Below the pieces are notes generated by a model. It saw nothing but the letters and a program-made list of their open reading frames with translations. It searched no databases and was not told where the DNA came from. A stretch of DNA of 64,000 nucleotides, taken from positions 109,599-173,598 of the forward strand of contig CACNHT010000001.1 of the NCBI GenBank assembly GCA_902620285.1, given 5' to 3'. Shown one piece after another: positions 39,883 to 53,211 of the stretch; positions within the stretch are counted from its first letter, which is position 1; every line of letters starts with the position of its first letter. Both the position numbers and the translations under genes were made by a program. Origin of the DNA: an uncultured Alphaproteobacteria bacterium (GTDB lineage: Bacteria; Pseudomonadota; Alphaproteobacteria; HIMB59; GCA-002718135).

Positions 39883-41205
39883 TTAATTTATTTGATCTAG
39901 AATTTTTAATTGTTCCTTTGATTTTAAACTAATAAATGTTTCAAACTCTATGAGAAAATCATCATAACTCATATTAAAATTTTTCCTAAAAGATTCTCTC
40001 CATCCTTGGTGGATTTCTCCTTCTTCCCTTTTTTCTAATTCAAGTTCGGCAATATCTTCATAAAAATCAAAGAATACTTTTTGATTAGATCCACTTAAAG
40101 AAGCAAGGTACGCTGTTGCCCACATACCACCATCATACTCAAAGCCTTGATCACATTTACTTCGCAGTTTTATGGCATCTTCTTCTCTTTCTACATCTTT
40201 GAGTTTAATTCCTTTTTTTGCACATTTACGAAAGGATTTTAGTGTTTGTTTCATAATTTTTTTATAATCAGCTAAATTATTTTTTCCAATAATATAATAA
40301 CCAAAATATTCTGCCCCACCTTCTTCAATCCACATTGGCATATCATCATTAAATTTATACTGGGCAACACCAAAACGTTTTTCGTCTTCAAAAAAAATTT
40401 TTTTCATATTTTGATAAACATGAAAATATTCATGTGCTACTATTTTTGCAACACTCCACGCTTCATTTTTATAACCCCTCCACCAACATTTATTACCCTC
40501 AATACTTCCTTTTAATGTTTTAGGTGAAAAATAGGCAGACGCTACACATTCTTTGAACCATTTTTTGTTATCACCACCACCTACTTTTAAACATTCTTCA
40601 TTGAAATTCTCCCCACGATTTACTTCACACCAATTTTGAGCAACTTTTTTTAGATTAGATTTCTTTTCATTCCAGATAATAACGTGAGTTTCCGCAATGG
40701 GTTTTTCACCAAGCTCAAGGTAGGAATATTCAAGGGTTTCAATAAATAAACTATGAAGATCATCAGGGACTCCTTTATATTTAGGAAATATAATTTTTTC
40801 CTGCCCATACCAGTCAGGTATTGTATATTCATATTCAACTATATTGACCGAATTGTTATAATTTTTTTCTCCATCATCATTTGTAACAAAGGCAACATTT
40901 TCCCAAATAATTTTGTCGTTAACAGCAAAGGGTTCACACTTTCCTGAAATATTATTTTCTTTTCTCCATTTTTCACAATCTTTAAAAGCTGCTTTTTTTG
41001 CTTTCTCTTCTGATTTTTCACCAATAGTCATTCCGTATTCACATTCACCATCGCTGACTACAACATAAAACGCAGCATGTTGATCTGTTGCCTCTTCTTG
41101 ATATTCTTTAAATGGTTCGTCCATTATCCAACTACATATTTGAGGATTGGCAAATAAATTTTGGGAATTGACTAATAAAAATAAAATTATTAGCAAAATT
41201 TTCAT
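39883..41205 (-). CDS. secreted putative zinc metallopeptidase (HExxH), otherwise uncharacterized
   Basis: 440 aa. Signal peptide [21 protein letters not shown], Cys-rich N-terminal module, HEYFH (HExxH) followed about 40 aa later by EEGGAEY as a candidate third ligand. Confidence 0.65.
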   Translation of the reverse strand: MKILLIILFLLVNSQNLFANPQICSWIMDEPFKEYQEEATDQHAAFYVVVSDGECEYGMTIGEKSEEKAKKAAFKDCEKWRKENNISGKCEPFAVNDKIIWENVAFVTNDDGEKNYNNSVNIVEYEYTIPDWYGQEKIIFPKYKGVPDDLHSLFIETLEYSYLELGEKPIAETHVIIWNEKKSNLKKVAQNWCEVNRGENFNEECLKVGGGDNKKWFKECVASAYFSPKTLKGSIEGNKCWWRGYKNEAWSVAKIVAHEYFHVYQNMKKIFFEDEKRFGVAQYKFNDDMPMWIEEGGAEYFGYYIIGKNNLADYKKIMKQTLKSFRKCAKKGIKLKDVEREEDAIKLRSKCDQGFEYDGGMWATAYLASLSGSNQKVFFDFYEDIAELELEKREEGEIHQGWRESFRKNFNMSYDDFLIEFETFISLKSKEQLKILDQIN

Positions 41206-41864
41206 TTTATGATTAGTAAATTAATCTCTATAATTTTAATTAAGTACTCAACAAGATCAGTTTGCATATCAACTGTGAATTTATTTTTATCTTTTGATCC
41301 CATAGCCAATATTAGACTATCTTCACGAAATTTAACTTTTAATAAAATATATGATTTTATCGTTGCTGATTTATTAGGAAAAAATAAAAGTAAACCTTTA
41401 GGATTTTGATTTAAATTTGTAACCATTTTGTTTTTAAAATAACTATTTGCAATTTTAATATCAAGTTGTGATAAGTTTTCTGCTCTAATATTTTCATTTG
41501 TAACAAAACAATTCATTTCATCACAACCTAAAATTGTTTTAAGATCATTTTTAATTAAGCTTATTAATTTTTGTAAACTTTTTACATTTAGAATTCTAAT
41601 TGTAGATTTTAGAATTCTTTTTTGAGCATTTAAATGACTTTTTCCTGCAAGTAGTACTTTTGTCATTTGATTTTGTAGATCTATATTTTGTTGCGATATC
41701 TTTTTATATCTATAAGCATCTAAATCGACAACCTTATCAGAACTATTATCGAGGGTGGGAAAATTTAGTTCATTAACTAATTCTGAATTTTTAATAAAAA
41801 AATTTTTATTTTTTTTTAAAAAATTTATTATTTGTTTTTCACTAATTTCATCTTCATGCGCCAT
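41202..41864 (-). CDS. DUF484 (YigA-like) family protein
   Basis: The N-terminus ...I..FL..N..FF..N.EL(V/L)..L.(F/L)P is typical of DUF484. ATG 41864 is preferred over 41906 because it sits 5 nt after the tal stop instead of overlapping it by 37 nt. Confidence 0.65.
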   Translation of the reverse strand: MAHEDEISEKQIINFLKKNKNFFIKNSELVNELNFPTLDNSSDKVVDLDAYRYKKISQQNIDLQNQMTKVLLAGKSHLNAQKRILKSTIRILNVKSLQKLISLIKNDLKTILGCDEMNCFVTNENIRAENLSQLDIKIANSYFKNKMVTNLNQNPKGLLLFFPNKSATIKSYILLKVKFREDSLILAMGSKDKNKFTVDMQTDLVEYLIKIIEINLLIIK

Positions 41865-41869
41865 GATGA

Positions 41870-42529
41870 TTATTTTGGCAAGATTTGCTGTCCTGTTTTT
41901 GCCCAATCATCAAGAAATGCTTTCAGCCCTTTATCTGTGAGAGGATGTTTATATAATTCGTGAATAACTTTAGGTGGTAGAGTTGAAACATGGGCACCAA
42001 TCACAGCTGCATCAATAAGATGTTGAGTGTTTCTTACCGAAGCAACTAATACTTCAGTATCAAATCCATAATTTTCATACATTATTACTATATCTGAAAT
42101 TAGATCCATACCTTTTTCACCAATATCATCGAGTCTTCCCACAAATGGAGAAATAAATGTTGCACCAACCTTAGCGGCTAGTAATGCTTGAGCAGCACTA
42201 AAACACAACGTTACATTTACCATGATATTTTTTTCTCTAAGAGCTTTGCATGTCTGAAGACCAGCAGGTGTGAGAGGAACTTTTACAGCAACATTCTTAG
42301 CTAATGATGCTAAGTATTCACCTTCTTCAAGCATCTTGTTATATTCCGTTGCTGTCACTTCTGCACTTACTGGACCAGATACTATGGAACAAATTGTTTT
42401 AATTGTTTCACCCATATCTTTACCACTTTTTGCAATTAGAGATGGGTTTGTCGTAACACCGTCTATTAATCCACTAGGCATTAACTCTTCGATTTCATGT
42501 ATATCGGCAGTGTCTATAAAAAATTTCAT
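41870..42529 (-). CDS. tal: transaldolase / fructose-6-phosphate aldolase family (short type)
   Basis: 219 aa. MKFF(I/L)DTA....I........(I)DGVTTNPSL(I), (V)K(V/I)P.T..G Schiff-base Lys region. Confidence 0.9.
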   Translation of the reverse strand: MKFFIDTADIHEIEELMPSGLIDGVTTNPSLIAKSGKDMGETIKTICSIVSGPVSAEVTATEYNKMLEEGEYLASLAKNVAVKVPLTPAGLQTCKALREKNIMVNVTLCFSAAQALLAAKVGATFISPFVGRLDDIGEKGMDLISDIVIMYENYGFDTEVLVASVRNTQHLIDAAVIGAHVSTLPPKVIHELYKHPLTDKGLKAFLDDWAKTGQQILPK

Positions 42530-42592
42530 TGTTTGTTGTATACCATATACAAGTTATTTAGAAAGTTAACATATAAAAAATACATAAATATA

Positions 42593-44548
42593 ATGTTGTA
42601 CGATGTAGTAGTAACAAGACCTTTCGACAAAGTTTTCACTTATTCTTCAACAAATGAGCAACTTGAAATTGGTCAAGTAGTCTTAGTTCCATTTGGAAAA
42701 AAAATAGAAGCTGGAATTATTTGGAAGAAGAATGTTAAAAATCCTGGATACGAAATTAAAGAGGTTACAAAAATTTGTAATGATCTTATTCTTCAGAATT
42801 CTTCAATCGATTTTATAAATTGGATCGCAAGTTATACTTTAGCTCCACTAGGAGCAGTTTTAAAATTATTTCTTATTAATAATGATATAGTTGAATTTGA
42901 TAAAGAAAAATTAGATAGTTTCAATAACACCAAACCTTCTTTAGTGACCTTGAGTGAAGAGCAAGCAAATTCATTCAAAGAAATTACCCAATCATTTAAT
43001 AAATCAAATAAACCTGTTTTATTAGAAGGTGTAACAGGCTCTGGTAAAACTGAAGTATATTTTGAAATAATAGATAAATTTTTAAAAGAAAAAAAACAAA
43101 TATTAATAATGGTTCCAGAAATTAGCCTAACACCGCAATTAGAGACAAGAGTAAAGAAGCGTTTTGGAATGGAAGTGTGTTTGTGGCATTCTAAAATTAC
43201 AAAAAAAAATAGGCAAAAAATTTGGCATAAATGTTTTGCTGGAGATCCAGTAATTGTAATTGGCGCTCGTTCAAGTTTGTTTCTTCCTTTTACAAACTTA
43301 GGATTAATTGTTGTCGATGAAGAACATGATTCTAGTTATAAACAAGAGGACAATATACGTTACCAAGCAAGAGATCTTGCAGTTGTAAGAGCTAAAATTG
43401 AAAAAAATTTTATATTATTAGCTTCAGCAACGCCGTCTTTAGAAACAATAAATAATGTTAAAATTAAAAAATATGATCAAGTCTATTTATCAAAACAATT
43501 TTCTGGAACTCCATTACCTGAAATTTCTATAATTGATTTAAATAAAAATAAACTTGATAAAGATAAATGGATATCACAATCAATTATAGATTCTATTTCT
43601 CAGTGCTTAGAAAATAAGGAACAAAGTCTTATTTTTTTAAATCGTAGAGGATATTCTCCATTAACCTTATGTAACACTTGTGGATTTAGATATGAATGTG
43701 ATCAATGTTCATCATGGATGGTTATGCACCAACACAAAAAAGTTTTCTTATGCCATCAATGTGGAACTATAAAAAAATTAAATTTAGATTGTCCTCAATG
43801 TAATGAAAAAGATAGTATAAAATTTGTTGGTCCTGGAGTTGAGAGAGTTGCAGAGGAACTAAAAGAATTCTTTCCTGGGAAAAATATTTCCATAATGTCT
43901 AGCGACAACGTTAACACACCAAACAAAATTAAAAAATTTATTACTGATATAAACAACAAAGATATAGATATAATTGTAGCTACACAAATAATGGCAAAAG
44001 GATATGATTTTCCAAATTTGTCATTAGTAGGAATAGTAGATGCGGACGCAGGTTTATTTGGTGGTGATCCTAGAGCTATAGAAAAAACTTTTAATCTACT
44101 TCAGCAAGTTGGAGGAAGAGCTGGTAGAGGAAAAAAAATTGGTAAAGTTTTTCTTCAAACATATTTTCCAGACCAAGAAATAATTAAGTCGATTCAACTT
44201 CGAGAAAGAGAAGCTTTTATTGAAAGAGCTTTAGAAGAGAGAAAGAATTTTAATATTCCTCCTTTTGGTTTTATGACTTCAATAATTCTTTCTAGTCATA
44301 CAAAAGCTTTAGTTCTTAAACAAGCTTCAAGACTGGCTCAACAAGATCAAAATAGTGAAAATATTAAAATTCTAGGTCCAGTTGAAGCTCCAATTTTTTT
44401 GCTTAGAGGACAATATCGATACAGAATATTATTGAAGAGCAATAGTAGAAAAAATCTGAATAAATTCACAAAAAAAATTGTCGAAAAGACTAAATTACCT
44501 TCTTCTGTAAAGTTAATTATTGATGTCGATCCCTACTCATTTATGTAA
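42593..44548 (+). CDS. priA: primosomal protein N' (PriA helicase)
   Basis: Start moved to ATG 42593 (MLYDVVV..P....F.Y). GVTGSGKTEVY Walker A, DEEHD, and a Cys4-Cys4 zinc-binding insert (C..C....C..C...CH.CG...CP.C). Confidence 0.9.
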   Translation: MLYDVVVTRPFDKVFTYSSTNEQLEIGQVVLVPFGKKIEAGIIWKKNVKNPGYEIKEVTKICNDLILQNSSIDFINWIASYTLAPLGAVLKLFLINNDIVEFDKEKLDSFNNTKPSLVTLSEEQANSFKEITQSFNKSNKPVLLEGVTGSGKTEVYFEIIDKFLKEKKQILIMVPEISLTPQLETRVKKRFGMEVCLWHSKITKKNRQKIWHKCFAGDPVIVIGARSSLFLPFTNLGLIVVDEEHDSSYKQEDNIRYQARDLAVVRAKIEKNFILLASATPSLETINNVKIKKYDQVYLSKQFSGTPLPEISIIDLNKNKLDKDKWISQSIIDSISQCLENKEQSLIFLNRRGYSPLTLCNTCGFRYECDQCSSWMVMHQHKKVFLCHQCGTIKKLNLDCPQCNEKDSIKFVGPGVERVAEELKEFFPGKNISIMSSDNVNTPNKIKKFITDINNKDIDIIVATQIMAKGYDFPNLSLVGIVDADAGLFGGDPRAIEKTFNLLQQVGGRAGRGKKIGKVFLQTYFPDQEIIKSIQLREREAFIERALEERKNFNIPPFGFMTSIILSSHTKALVLKQASRLAQQDQNSENIKILGPVEAPIFLLRGQYRYRILLKSNSRKNLNKFTKKIVEKTKLPSSVKLIIDVDPYSFM

Positions 44549-44666
44549 TTTACCCACAATTTTAAAAATATCTTCGATTTAACTCATTTGACGCACAAAC
44601 TGACAGTTTACCTACTTTTTCCGATGTGTTATTAGCCTATTTCTAAACTTCTTATGAACTTAATTT

Positions 44667-45224
44667 ATGGCATCTAATACATTATCTGGAGATCTTATAT
44701 CGGAAAGGTACGGAGCTGCTCTCTATGATCTTGCTTCTGAAAAAAAATGCATTGATGATATTCTAAAAGATTTTGAATTAGTGAATAAAGCATTGAAAGA
44801 AAGTTCAGAATTAAGACAGGTTATTAAAAGTCCATTAGTAAATTCAGATGAGAAACTTAATATTTTATTAAAATTATTTTCTGAAGCAAATTTACATAAT
44901 CTTACGACAACTTTTTTAAAAGTTCTTGATAACAATAAAAGAATTTCAAATATCGCTTCTATTATTTTACAATTTAAAAAAATAAACTCCGAAAAAAGAG
45001 GTGATATTACTGCTGATATAACATCAGCAAACATATTATCTGATGATGAAAAAAATAATATTACAAATCAACTTAAAAAATCTTTAGGTGAAAAATTATC
45101 TTTAAATTTTGATGTCGATGAAGACATTATTGGTGGTTTAATTGTTAAGGTTGGTTCCAAAATGATTGATACATCTATAGCTAATAAAATTAATAAACTT
45201 AAAATTGCAATGAAGGGGGCATAA
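44667..45224 (+). CDS. atpH: F1 ATP synthase delta (OSCP) subunit
   Basis: 185 aa. (I)..RY(A/G).AL(F/Y).LA N-terminus, position immediately 5' of atpA. Confidence 0.85.
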   Translation: MASNTLSGDLISERYGAALYDLASEKKCIDDILKDFELVNKALKESSELRQVIKSPLVNSDEKLNILLKLFSEANLHNLTTTFLKVLDNNKRISNIASIILQFKKINSEKRGDITADITSANILSDDEKNNITNQLKKSLGEKLSLNFDVDEDIIGGLIVKVGSKMIDTSIANKINKLKIAMKGA

Positions 45225-46759
45225 TGGAAATTAAAGCTGCAGAAATATCGTCTGTAATTAAAGACCAAATAGCTAATTTTGAAACTAAAGCGGATGTTGC
45301 TGAGGTTGGAACAGTACTAAGTGTTGGAGATGGAATTGCTCGTGTGTATGGTCTTGATCAAGTACAAGCTGGAGAGATGGTAGAATTCCCAGGCGGCATT
45401 AAAGGTATGGCCCTCAACCTTGAAATGGATAACGTTGGTGTTTCAATCTTCGGTGATGATACTGGAATTAAAGAAGGTGACACAGTTAAACGTACAGGAG
45501 AAATTGTTGACGTTCCTGTTGGAAAAGAATTGTTAGGACGTGTTGTTGATGGTTTAGGAAATCCTATTGATGGTAAAGGTCCTATTCAATCTTCTGAAAA
45601 GAGAAGAATTGAATTAAAAGCCCCAGGTATTATTCCTCGTCAAAGTGTATCTGAACCTATGCAGACAGGTATTAAAGCACTTGATGCTCTTGTTCCAGTT
45701 GGAAGAGGGCAGCGTGAATTAATAATTGGTGACAGACAAACAGGTAAAACTGCTGTTGCTATTGATACAATCTTAAATCAAAAATCTGTAAATCAATCAG
45801 ACAATGAAAAAGAAAAGTTATATTGCATCTATGTTGCAATTGGTCAGAAAAGATCAACAGTTGCTCAAATTGTAAAAACACTAGAGGATAATGGTGCAAT
45901 GGAATATACAATTGTTGTATCTGCAACTGCATCAGAGCCTGCACCGTTGCAATTTTTATCTGCTTATACTGGCTGTACAATGGGTGAGTATTTTAGAGAT
46001 AATGGTATGCATGCATTAATTGTTTATGATGATTTATCAAAGCAAGCTGTTGCTTACAGACAGATGTCTCTTTTATTAAGAAGACCTCCTGGACGTGAAG
46101 CATATCCTGGAGATGTATTTTACATTCATAGCCGTCTTTTAGAAAGAGCTGCAAAAATGAGTGATGAACACGGTGGTGGAAGTTTGACCGCCCTTCCAAT
46201 TATTGAGACTCAAGCTGGAGACTTATCTGCTTATATTCCAACGAATGTTATATCCATTACTGATGGACAAATATTCTTGGAAACCAATCTATTCTTTGCT
46301 GGTATTCGACCTGCGATTAACGTTGGTCTTTCAGTAAGTCGTGTTGGCTCTGCTGCGCAAACAAAAGCAATGAAAAAAATTGCTGGTCCTGTAAAACTAG
46401 AATTAGCTCAATATCGTGAAATGGCTGCTTTTGCACAGTTTGCATCAGACTTAGATGCTTCAACAAAACAATTACTTGATCGTGGTGCAAGACTAGTTGA
46501 AATTTTAAAACAAGGTCAATATTCACCACTAACCGTTTCAGAGCAAGTTGTATCTATTTATGCAGGTGTACGCGGATATCTTGATAAAGTTGCAGTAGGC
46601 GATGTAGTCAAGTTTGAAACAGAAGTTTTAAATGAGATTAGAACTAAGCATAGTGATTTATTAGATGCAATTGCAAATGAAAAAGAATTATCTAAAGAAA
46701 ATGATGATAAATTAAAATCAATCTTAGATGATTTGGTTGGAAAGTTTGCAAGTAACTAA
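45224..46759 (+). CDS. atpA: F1 ATP synthase alpha subunit
   Basis: 511 aa. GDRQTGKT(A) P-loop, typical alpha-subunit core. Confidence 0.97.
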   Translation: MEIKAAEISSVIKDQIANFETKADVAEVGTVLSVGDGIARVYGLDQVQAGEMVEFPGGIKGMALNLEMDNVGVSIFGDDTGIKEGDTVKRTGEIVDVPVGKELLGRVVDGLGNPIDGKGPIQSSEKRRIELKAPGIIPRQSVSEPMQTGIKALDALVPVGRGQRELIIGDRQTGKTAVAIDTILNQKSVNQSDNEKEKLYCIYVAIGQKRSTVAQIVKTLEDNGAMEYTIVVSATASEPAPLQFLSAYTGCTMGEYFRDNGMHALIVYDDLSKQAVAYRQMSLLLRRPPGREAYPGDVFYIHSRLLERAAKMSDEHGGGSLTALPIIETQAGDLSAYIPTNVISITDGQIFLETNLFFAGIRPAINVGLSVSRVGSAAQTKAMKKIAGPVKLELAQYREMAAFAQFASDLDASTKQLLDRGARLVEILKQGQYSPLTVSEQVVSIYAGVRGYLDKVAVGDVVKFETEVLNEIRTKHSDLLDAIANEKELSKENDDKLKSILDDLVGKFASN

Positions 46760-46762
46760 TCT

Positions 46763-49087
<2,325 letters not shown>

Positions 49088-49088
<1 letters not shown>

Positions 49089-49486
49089 TGGCAACAATTT
49101 CTTTTGATTTAGTTTCTCCAGAAAACCTCATCTTTAATGATGATGTTGGAACTATTATTGTTCCAGGCAAAGATGGTGATCTGGGTGTCTTACCTGGACA
49201 TAGTCAAGTAATGTCCTCATTAAGACCCGGTAGAGTGATGGTTTATAGTGAGGATAAAAATTTAGTTAAATCATTTTTTGTATCAGGTGGTTTTGCTGAA
49301 ATTAATCCAGAGAAATGTATCGTTCTTGCAGAAAGTGTAGTTGAACTAAATACTTTAGACAAGTCTTCAATTGAAAAAGAAATTGAAGAATTAGGTAGTA
49401 AGGAAAGTAAAGAGTCAGAAGAGCAACTGTCGATAGCAAAAGCTAAATTAGAAGCTATAACTGTAAGTTTTTATGATAAGATTTAA
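49088..49486 (+). CDS. atpC: F1 ATP synthase epsilon subunit
   Basis: 132 aa. (V)(V/S)PE........V....(P)G..G..G(V/I)L.GH.P signature. TAATG overlap with atpD. Confidence 0.9.
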
Positions 49487-50517
49487 TTTCTAGAATTAAC
49501 AGAGTCTATTAAATTTTTTGCATTATTATAAAAAAGATCTTGCTTTTCACTTTCCGATATTTTGCTATTTCGAATTCCTCTTTTCATTGCTCTTAATTGT
49601 TCGTATCTAATAAATGTCATTCGATCATCACAATGACTTAGAGCTAAATTATGATTATCAGAATTTATTGCAGACCAAGCTTTCCCAAAAGTAATATATT
49701 TCCCTCTCATTCTCCCTATCATATCATCAGATCCATACATTATTTTTTCAAGACCAACTCCTTGATACAGAGCGTCAATTGAATCAGATTCACATACTGT
49801 AGAACAATCATACCAAATATTTTTTAAATCTCTAATTTTCTTAATTCCTTTTTCTAACGCCCAAGCAGAATAACTTCTAGCACAGTGAGCAAGTATCCAT
49901 TTAACGTTAGGATATTTATCACTCAAATAAATTAGGTCATTAATATTATCATCATCGGCAATTGCATCCTTTTTTGCTAAATGCATCATAATGATAAGTC
50001 CAAATTTATTTGCAATTTCTATTTGCTCTTCAGTTATAAAATCTAAAATTTTGCAATTAATTGTATCTTTTGTTTTTGAATAAAATCTATATGGTTTAAA
50101 GCCTTTAATGTTATTTTTTAATAAAAGTCCTTCAATATAATTTTTATCCATAATTGGGTTAATTAAAATTAAGCACATATTTTCAGTAAGTGTTTTAGTT
50201 TGTTCTAAAATATATTCATTTGAACCTTCAAAGTTACATGGATATTTGAATGGAAAAGGAAAACTTAACCTGTTTACAACTCTATTAGGCATAAGTAATT
50301 GATCTACTTGATCTGCAAATCTCATAGATACTTCACTAAAATATTTTCCTTGAAAATTTCTTTCACCAATATCTTTTTTAGGATCTTGATTAAAACTCCA
50401 TTTATAAATATGGGTATGAACATCAAAAATATTTTTAGGAACAAAGTTTTCTAACTCTTCATCCCATATTTGTTTATCTAAACTTGTGATTATTAATTCA
50501 GGATTTTCATTAAACAT
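49483..50517 (-). CDS. amidohydrolase-fold (TIM-barrel metal-dependent hydrolase) protein
   Basis: 344 aa. (F)DVHTH(I) HxH metal motif near the N-terminus, later H and D residues spaced as in amidohydrolase_2 proteins. Substrate unknown. Confidence 0.6.
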   Translation of the reverse strand: MFNENPELIITSLDKQIWDEELENFVPKNIFDVHTHIYKWSFNQDPKKDIGERNFQGKYFSEVSMRFADQVDQLLMPNRVVNRLSFPFPFKYPCNFEGSNEYILEQTKTLTENMCLILINPIMDKNYIEGLLLKNNIKGFKPYRFYSKTKDTINCKILDFITEEQIEIANKFGLIIMMHLAKKDAIADDDNINDLIYLSDKYPNVKWILAHCARSYSAWALEKGIKKIRDLKNIWYDCSTVCESDSIDALYQGVGLEKIMYGSDDMIGRMRGKYITFGKAWSAINSDNHNLALSHCDDRMTFIRYEQLRAMKRGIRNSKISESEKQDLFYNNAKNLIDSVNSRN

Positions 50518-50980
50518 CTGTTAGAACTTTTTTAAATTCACTTTGAATTTTCTGATAAACATTTTTTTTAAATGGTACTGCATTATGAGTAATTTCGTCG
50601 TAATTCATCCATTTCCAATCACTAAATTCAGGATTTTCTGTTCCTACATTTATATCTCTATCATCTCCATTAAAGTTAAATAAAAACCATTTTTGAATTT
50701 GACCCATATACTCATTTCCCCAGGGTAAAGAGCTTAAAATTTCACTTGGTATGTCATAGGATATCCATTCTTTAGATGAAGCAATTAATGACGCTTTATT
50801 AGTACCAATTTCTTCCATCATTTCTCTCCAAACTGCTTCTTCAGGATTTTCATTTTCATCAATACCACCTTGGGGCATTTGCCAATACCCGCTGGGATTA
50901 TCTAATCTTTTGCCAACTAAAACCTGATTTTTTGTGTTGAGAATCATCATTCCCACACATTTTCTATATTTTTTTTGCAT
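50510..50980 (-). CDS. rppH: RNA pyrophosphohydrolase (Nudix)
   Basis: 156 aa. YR..VG(M/I).(I/L).N, W(Q)MPQGGI and the Nudix box G.....E.......REM.EE.G. Confidence 0.85.
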   Translation of the reverse strand: MQKKYRKCVGMMILNTKNQVLVGKRLDNPSGYWQMPQGGIDENENPEEAVWREMMEEIGTNKASLIASSKEWISYDIPSEILSSLPWGNEYMGQIQKWFLFNFNGDDRDINVGTENPEFSDWKWMNYDEITHNAVPFKKNVYQKIQSEFKKVLTDV

Positions 50981-50982
50981 TA

Positions 50983-52278
50983 TTATTCTTGAATTTCATT
51001 AAAGAGACTAACACCTTGTACAAGATTAAAGGCTCTACGAAGTTGATAATCAAGCTCTAAACGTTTTTCAAATTCACTTAATTCATTATCTTTATTATCT
51101 TCTAATTCTTCTTCGTTATTTTTATCAAGGGAATCTTTTAAATCCGACTCAGAAAATCTTTTATAATTAAAAGATTCAAATTCTCCTTGCTCAATAATTA
51201 TATCTGGAACAATACCCTTACCCTGGATTGATTCACCTGAAGGGGTATAATATCTAGCTGTAGTTAATCTTATACCAGTGAGATTATCGCTATTTGAAAC
51301 TTGAAAGGGAATTATTGTTTGTACTGATCCTTTACCAAAAGATTGTGTGCCTATAATGATTGCTCTTTTATGATCCTGTAGGGCGCCTGCAACAATTTCA
51401 GATGCAGATGCAGAACCTCCATCAATAATTACAACAAGTGGTTTACCATTAGTTCTATCAGACTTCTTTGCACGATATCTTCTAATATCTTTTTTATCTC
51501 TACCTCTTGTTGAAACAATCTCTCCTCTTTCCAAGAATATATCTGTTACCTTAACTGCTTGAGTAAGAAGACCGCCTGGGTTAGACCGTACATCTAAAAC
51601 ATAACCTTTTATTTGGTTTTCTTTTTCAATTTTTTTTATTGCATCAAGAAGGCCAGTTTCTGTTTGTTCGTTAAAAGATGTTATTCTCAAATATCCAATA
51701 TTATTAAGTACTTCACTTTTTACTGATCTAATTTTTATATAATCTCTAATAATTTCAATCTCAAAGGGTTCTGTGTCTGCTCTCGAAATAGTAATTACTA
51801 TTGGTTCACCTTTTTTACCTCTCATTAATTCAACAGCTTCATTTAGAGTTAGACCAAAAACAGGTGTTTCTTCTATTTGAATAATGTAATCACCTGCAAG
51901 AACTCCAGCTTCATATGCTGGTGTATCTTCTATGGGAGCAATGACTTTTACAAAACCTTCTTCCATGGTAATTTCAATACCTAATCCCCCAAATTTACCC
52001 TCTGTATCCATTTGCATTTCTTGAAAAACTTCTTCATTCATAAAACCAGAATGAGGATCTAAGCCTGACAACATTCCATCAATTGCTTTTTCAATTAATT
52101 CTTGATCTGTAACCTCTTCTACATAGGATGATCTTACCCTGTCAAATACCTGCCCAAATAGATCTAAATATTTATATTTTTCTTCATCTGAAGAAGATCC
52201 ATATGTTTTAGGTGCAAGAAGTGTAATGAGCGTGAGCAGTAGTATTACCTTTAAAAATACATTTTTTGAAATTATCAT
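50983..52278 (-). CDS. ctpA: carboxy-terminal processing peptidase (S41)
   Basis: 431 aa. Signal peptide, PDZ region, (G)LI(L/V)D(V/L)R.NPGG, (G)SASASEI(V)AGALQD and the GK(G)S.Q Ser/Lys dyad context. Confidence 0.85.
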   Translation of the reverse strand: MIISKNVFLKVILLLTLITLLAPKTYGSSSDEEKYKYLDLFGQVFDRVRSSYVEEVTDQELIEKAIDGMLSGLDPHSGFMNEEVFQEMQMDTEGKFGGLGIEITMEEGFVKVIAPIEDTPAYEAGVLAGDYIIQIEETPVFGLTLNEAVELMRGKKGEPIVITISRADTEPFEIEIIRDYIKIRSVKSEVLNNIGYLRITSFNEQTETGLLDAIKKIEKENQIKGYVLDVRSNPGGLLTQAVKVTDIFLERGEIVSTRGRDKKDIRRYRAKKSDRTNGKPLVVIIDGGSASASEIVAGALQDHKRAIIIGTQSFGKGSVQTIIPFQVSNSDNLTGIRLTTARYYTPSGESIQGKGIVPDIIIEQGEFESFNYKRFSESDLKDSLDKNNEEELEDNKDNELSEFEKRLELDYQLRRAFNLVQGVSLFNEIQE

Positions 52279-52283
52279 TTATT

Positions 52284-52619
52284 TTAAGCTAGTTTAGTTT
52301 GTGAAGAATCAAAGCTTACTTCCCATAATTTTTCTAATGCGTATAATTCTCTAATTTCTTGTCGAAACAAATGAACAATGATCTCACCTGCATCAACAAT
52401 TATCCAGTCACATTGAGGTCTTCCTTCAGGATTCGGACATTTTATCCCTGCTCTTTTTAATTTTTTTACCATTTCGTCTGCTGTAGCATCTGAATGTCTA
52501 GTTGATCTACATGTAGCAATCACAAAGGCATCAGCAACGGATGATTTATTAGATAAATCAATAACTTTTATATCTTCAGCTTTTGCATCACTTAGTATTG
52601 ATACAATATTTTCTGTCAA
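52284..52619 (-). CDS. rsfS: ribosomal silencing factor RsfS (iojap)
   Basis: 111 aa. D.K(A).D(I).V(I)D(L)......D(A/Y)F(V/I)I(A/C)(T)(G/C).S.R(H), W(I/V)(I/L)(V/L)D.G...VH.F. Confidence 0.85.
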   Translation of the reverse strand: MTENIVSILSDAKAEDIKVIDLSNKSSVADAFVIATCRSTRHSDATADEMVKKLKRAGIKCPNPEGRPQCDWIIVDAGEIIVHLFRQEIRELYALEKLWEVSFDSSQTKLA

Positions 52620-52632
52620 TGAAGTAATTTTA

Positions 52633-53211
52633 TTAATATTTGCCTCTTAATTTATTTCTTTGATTTCTAATTTCAGATGATGAAATTTTAATTTCTTTAT
52701 TTTGAATCAAAGTCCATGCAGGAATTTTTTTTGAAACATGTTCCATGTCTTGAGCCATATATTTATTATGAATAAATTTTTTTGCTGCAACACTTTTCAA
52801 AGCATTTGTATTATATCCATGTCTTCTAAAAATAACAATAGAGATAATATGAAAAATTGATCGCCATTTTTCCCATTCGTGGAAATTAACTAAATTGTCT
52901 GCACCCATTAACCAAAAAAATTTAATATTTTTATAATATTGAATTAGAAATTTAATTGTTTGATAAGAGTATTGAGATTTAATTTTTTTTTCTACTTCTA
53001 ATATTTTTATAGGAAAATTTTTTGTAATTTGTTTACAATTTTGTAATCTCTCTTCGTATGTTGCGGGTTTTGAAATCTTCAAGGGATTTTGAGGTGTAAC
53101 TAGCCACCAAATTTCATCCAGCTGTAATACTTTTTTAGCTTCATTTGAAATAAATAGATGCCCTCGATGTGGCGGATCAAAAGATCCTCCCAGAAGTCCA
53201 ATCTTTTTCAA
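52633..53211 (-). CDS. nadD: nicotinate-nucleotide adenylyltransferase
   Basis: 192 aa. G(L)(L/F)GGSFDP.H.GH motif, ISS(S/T).IR. Confidence 0.85.
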   Translation of the reverse strand: MKKIGLLGGSFDPPHRGHLFISNEAKKVLQLDEIWWLVTPQNPLKISKPATYEERLQNCKQITKNFPIKILEVEKKIKSQYSYQTIKFLIQYYKNIKFFWLMGADNLVNFHEWEKWRSIFHIISIVIFRRHGYNTNALKSVAAKKFIHNKYMAQDMEHVSKKIPAWTLIQNKEIKISSSEIRNQRNKLRGKY

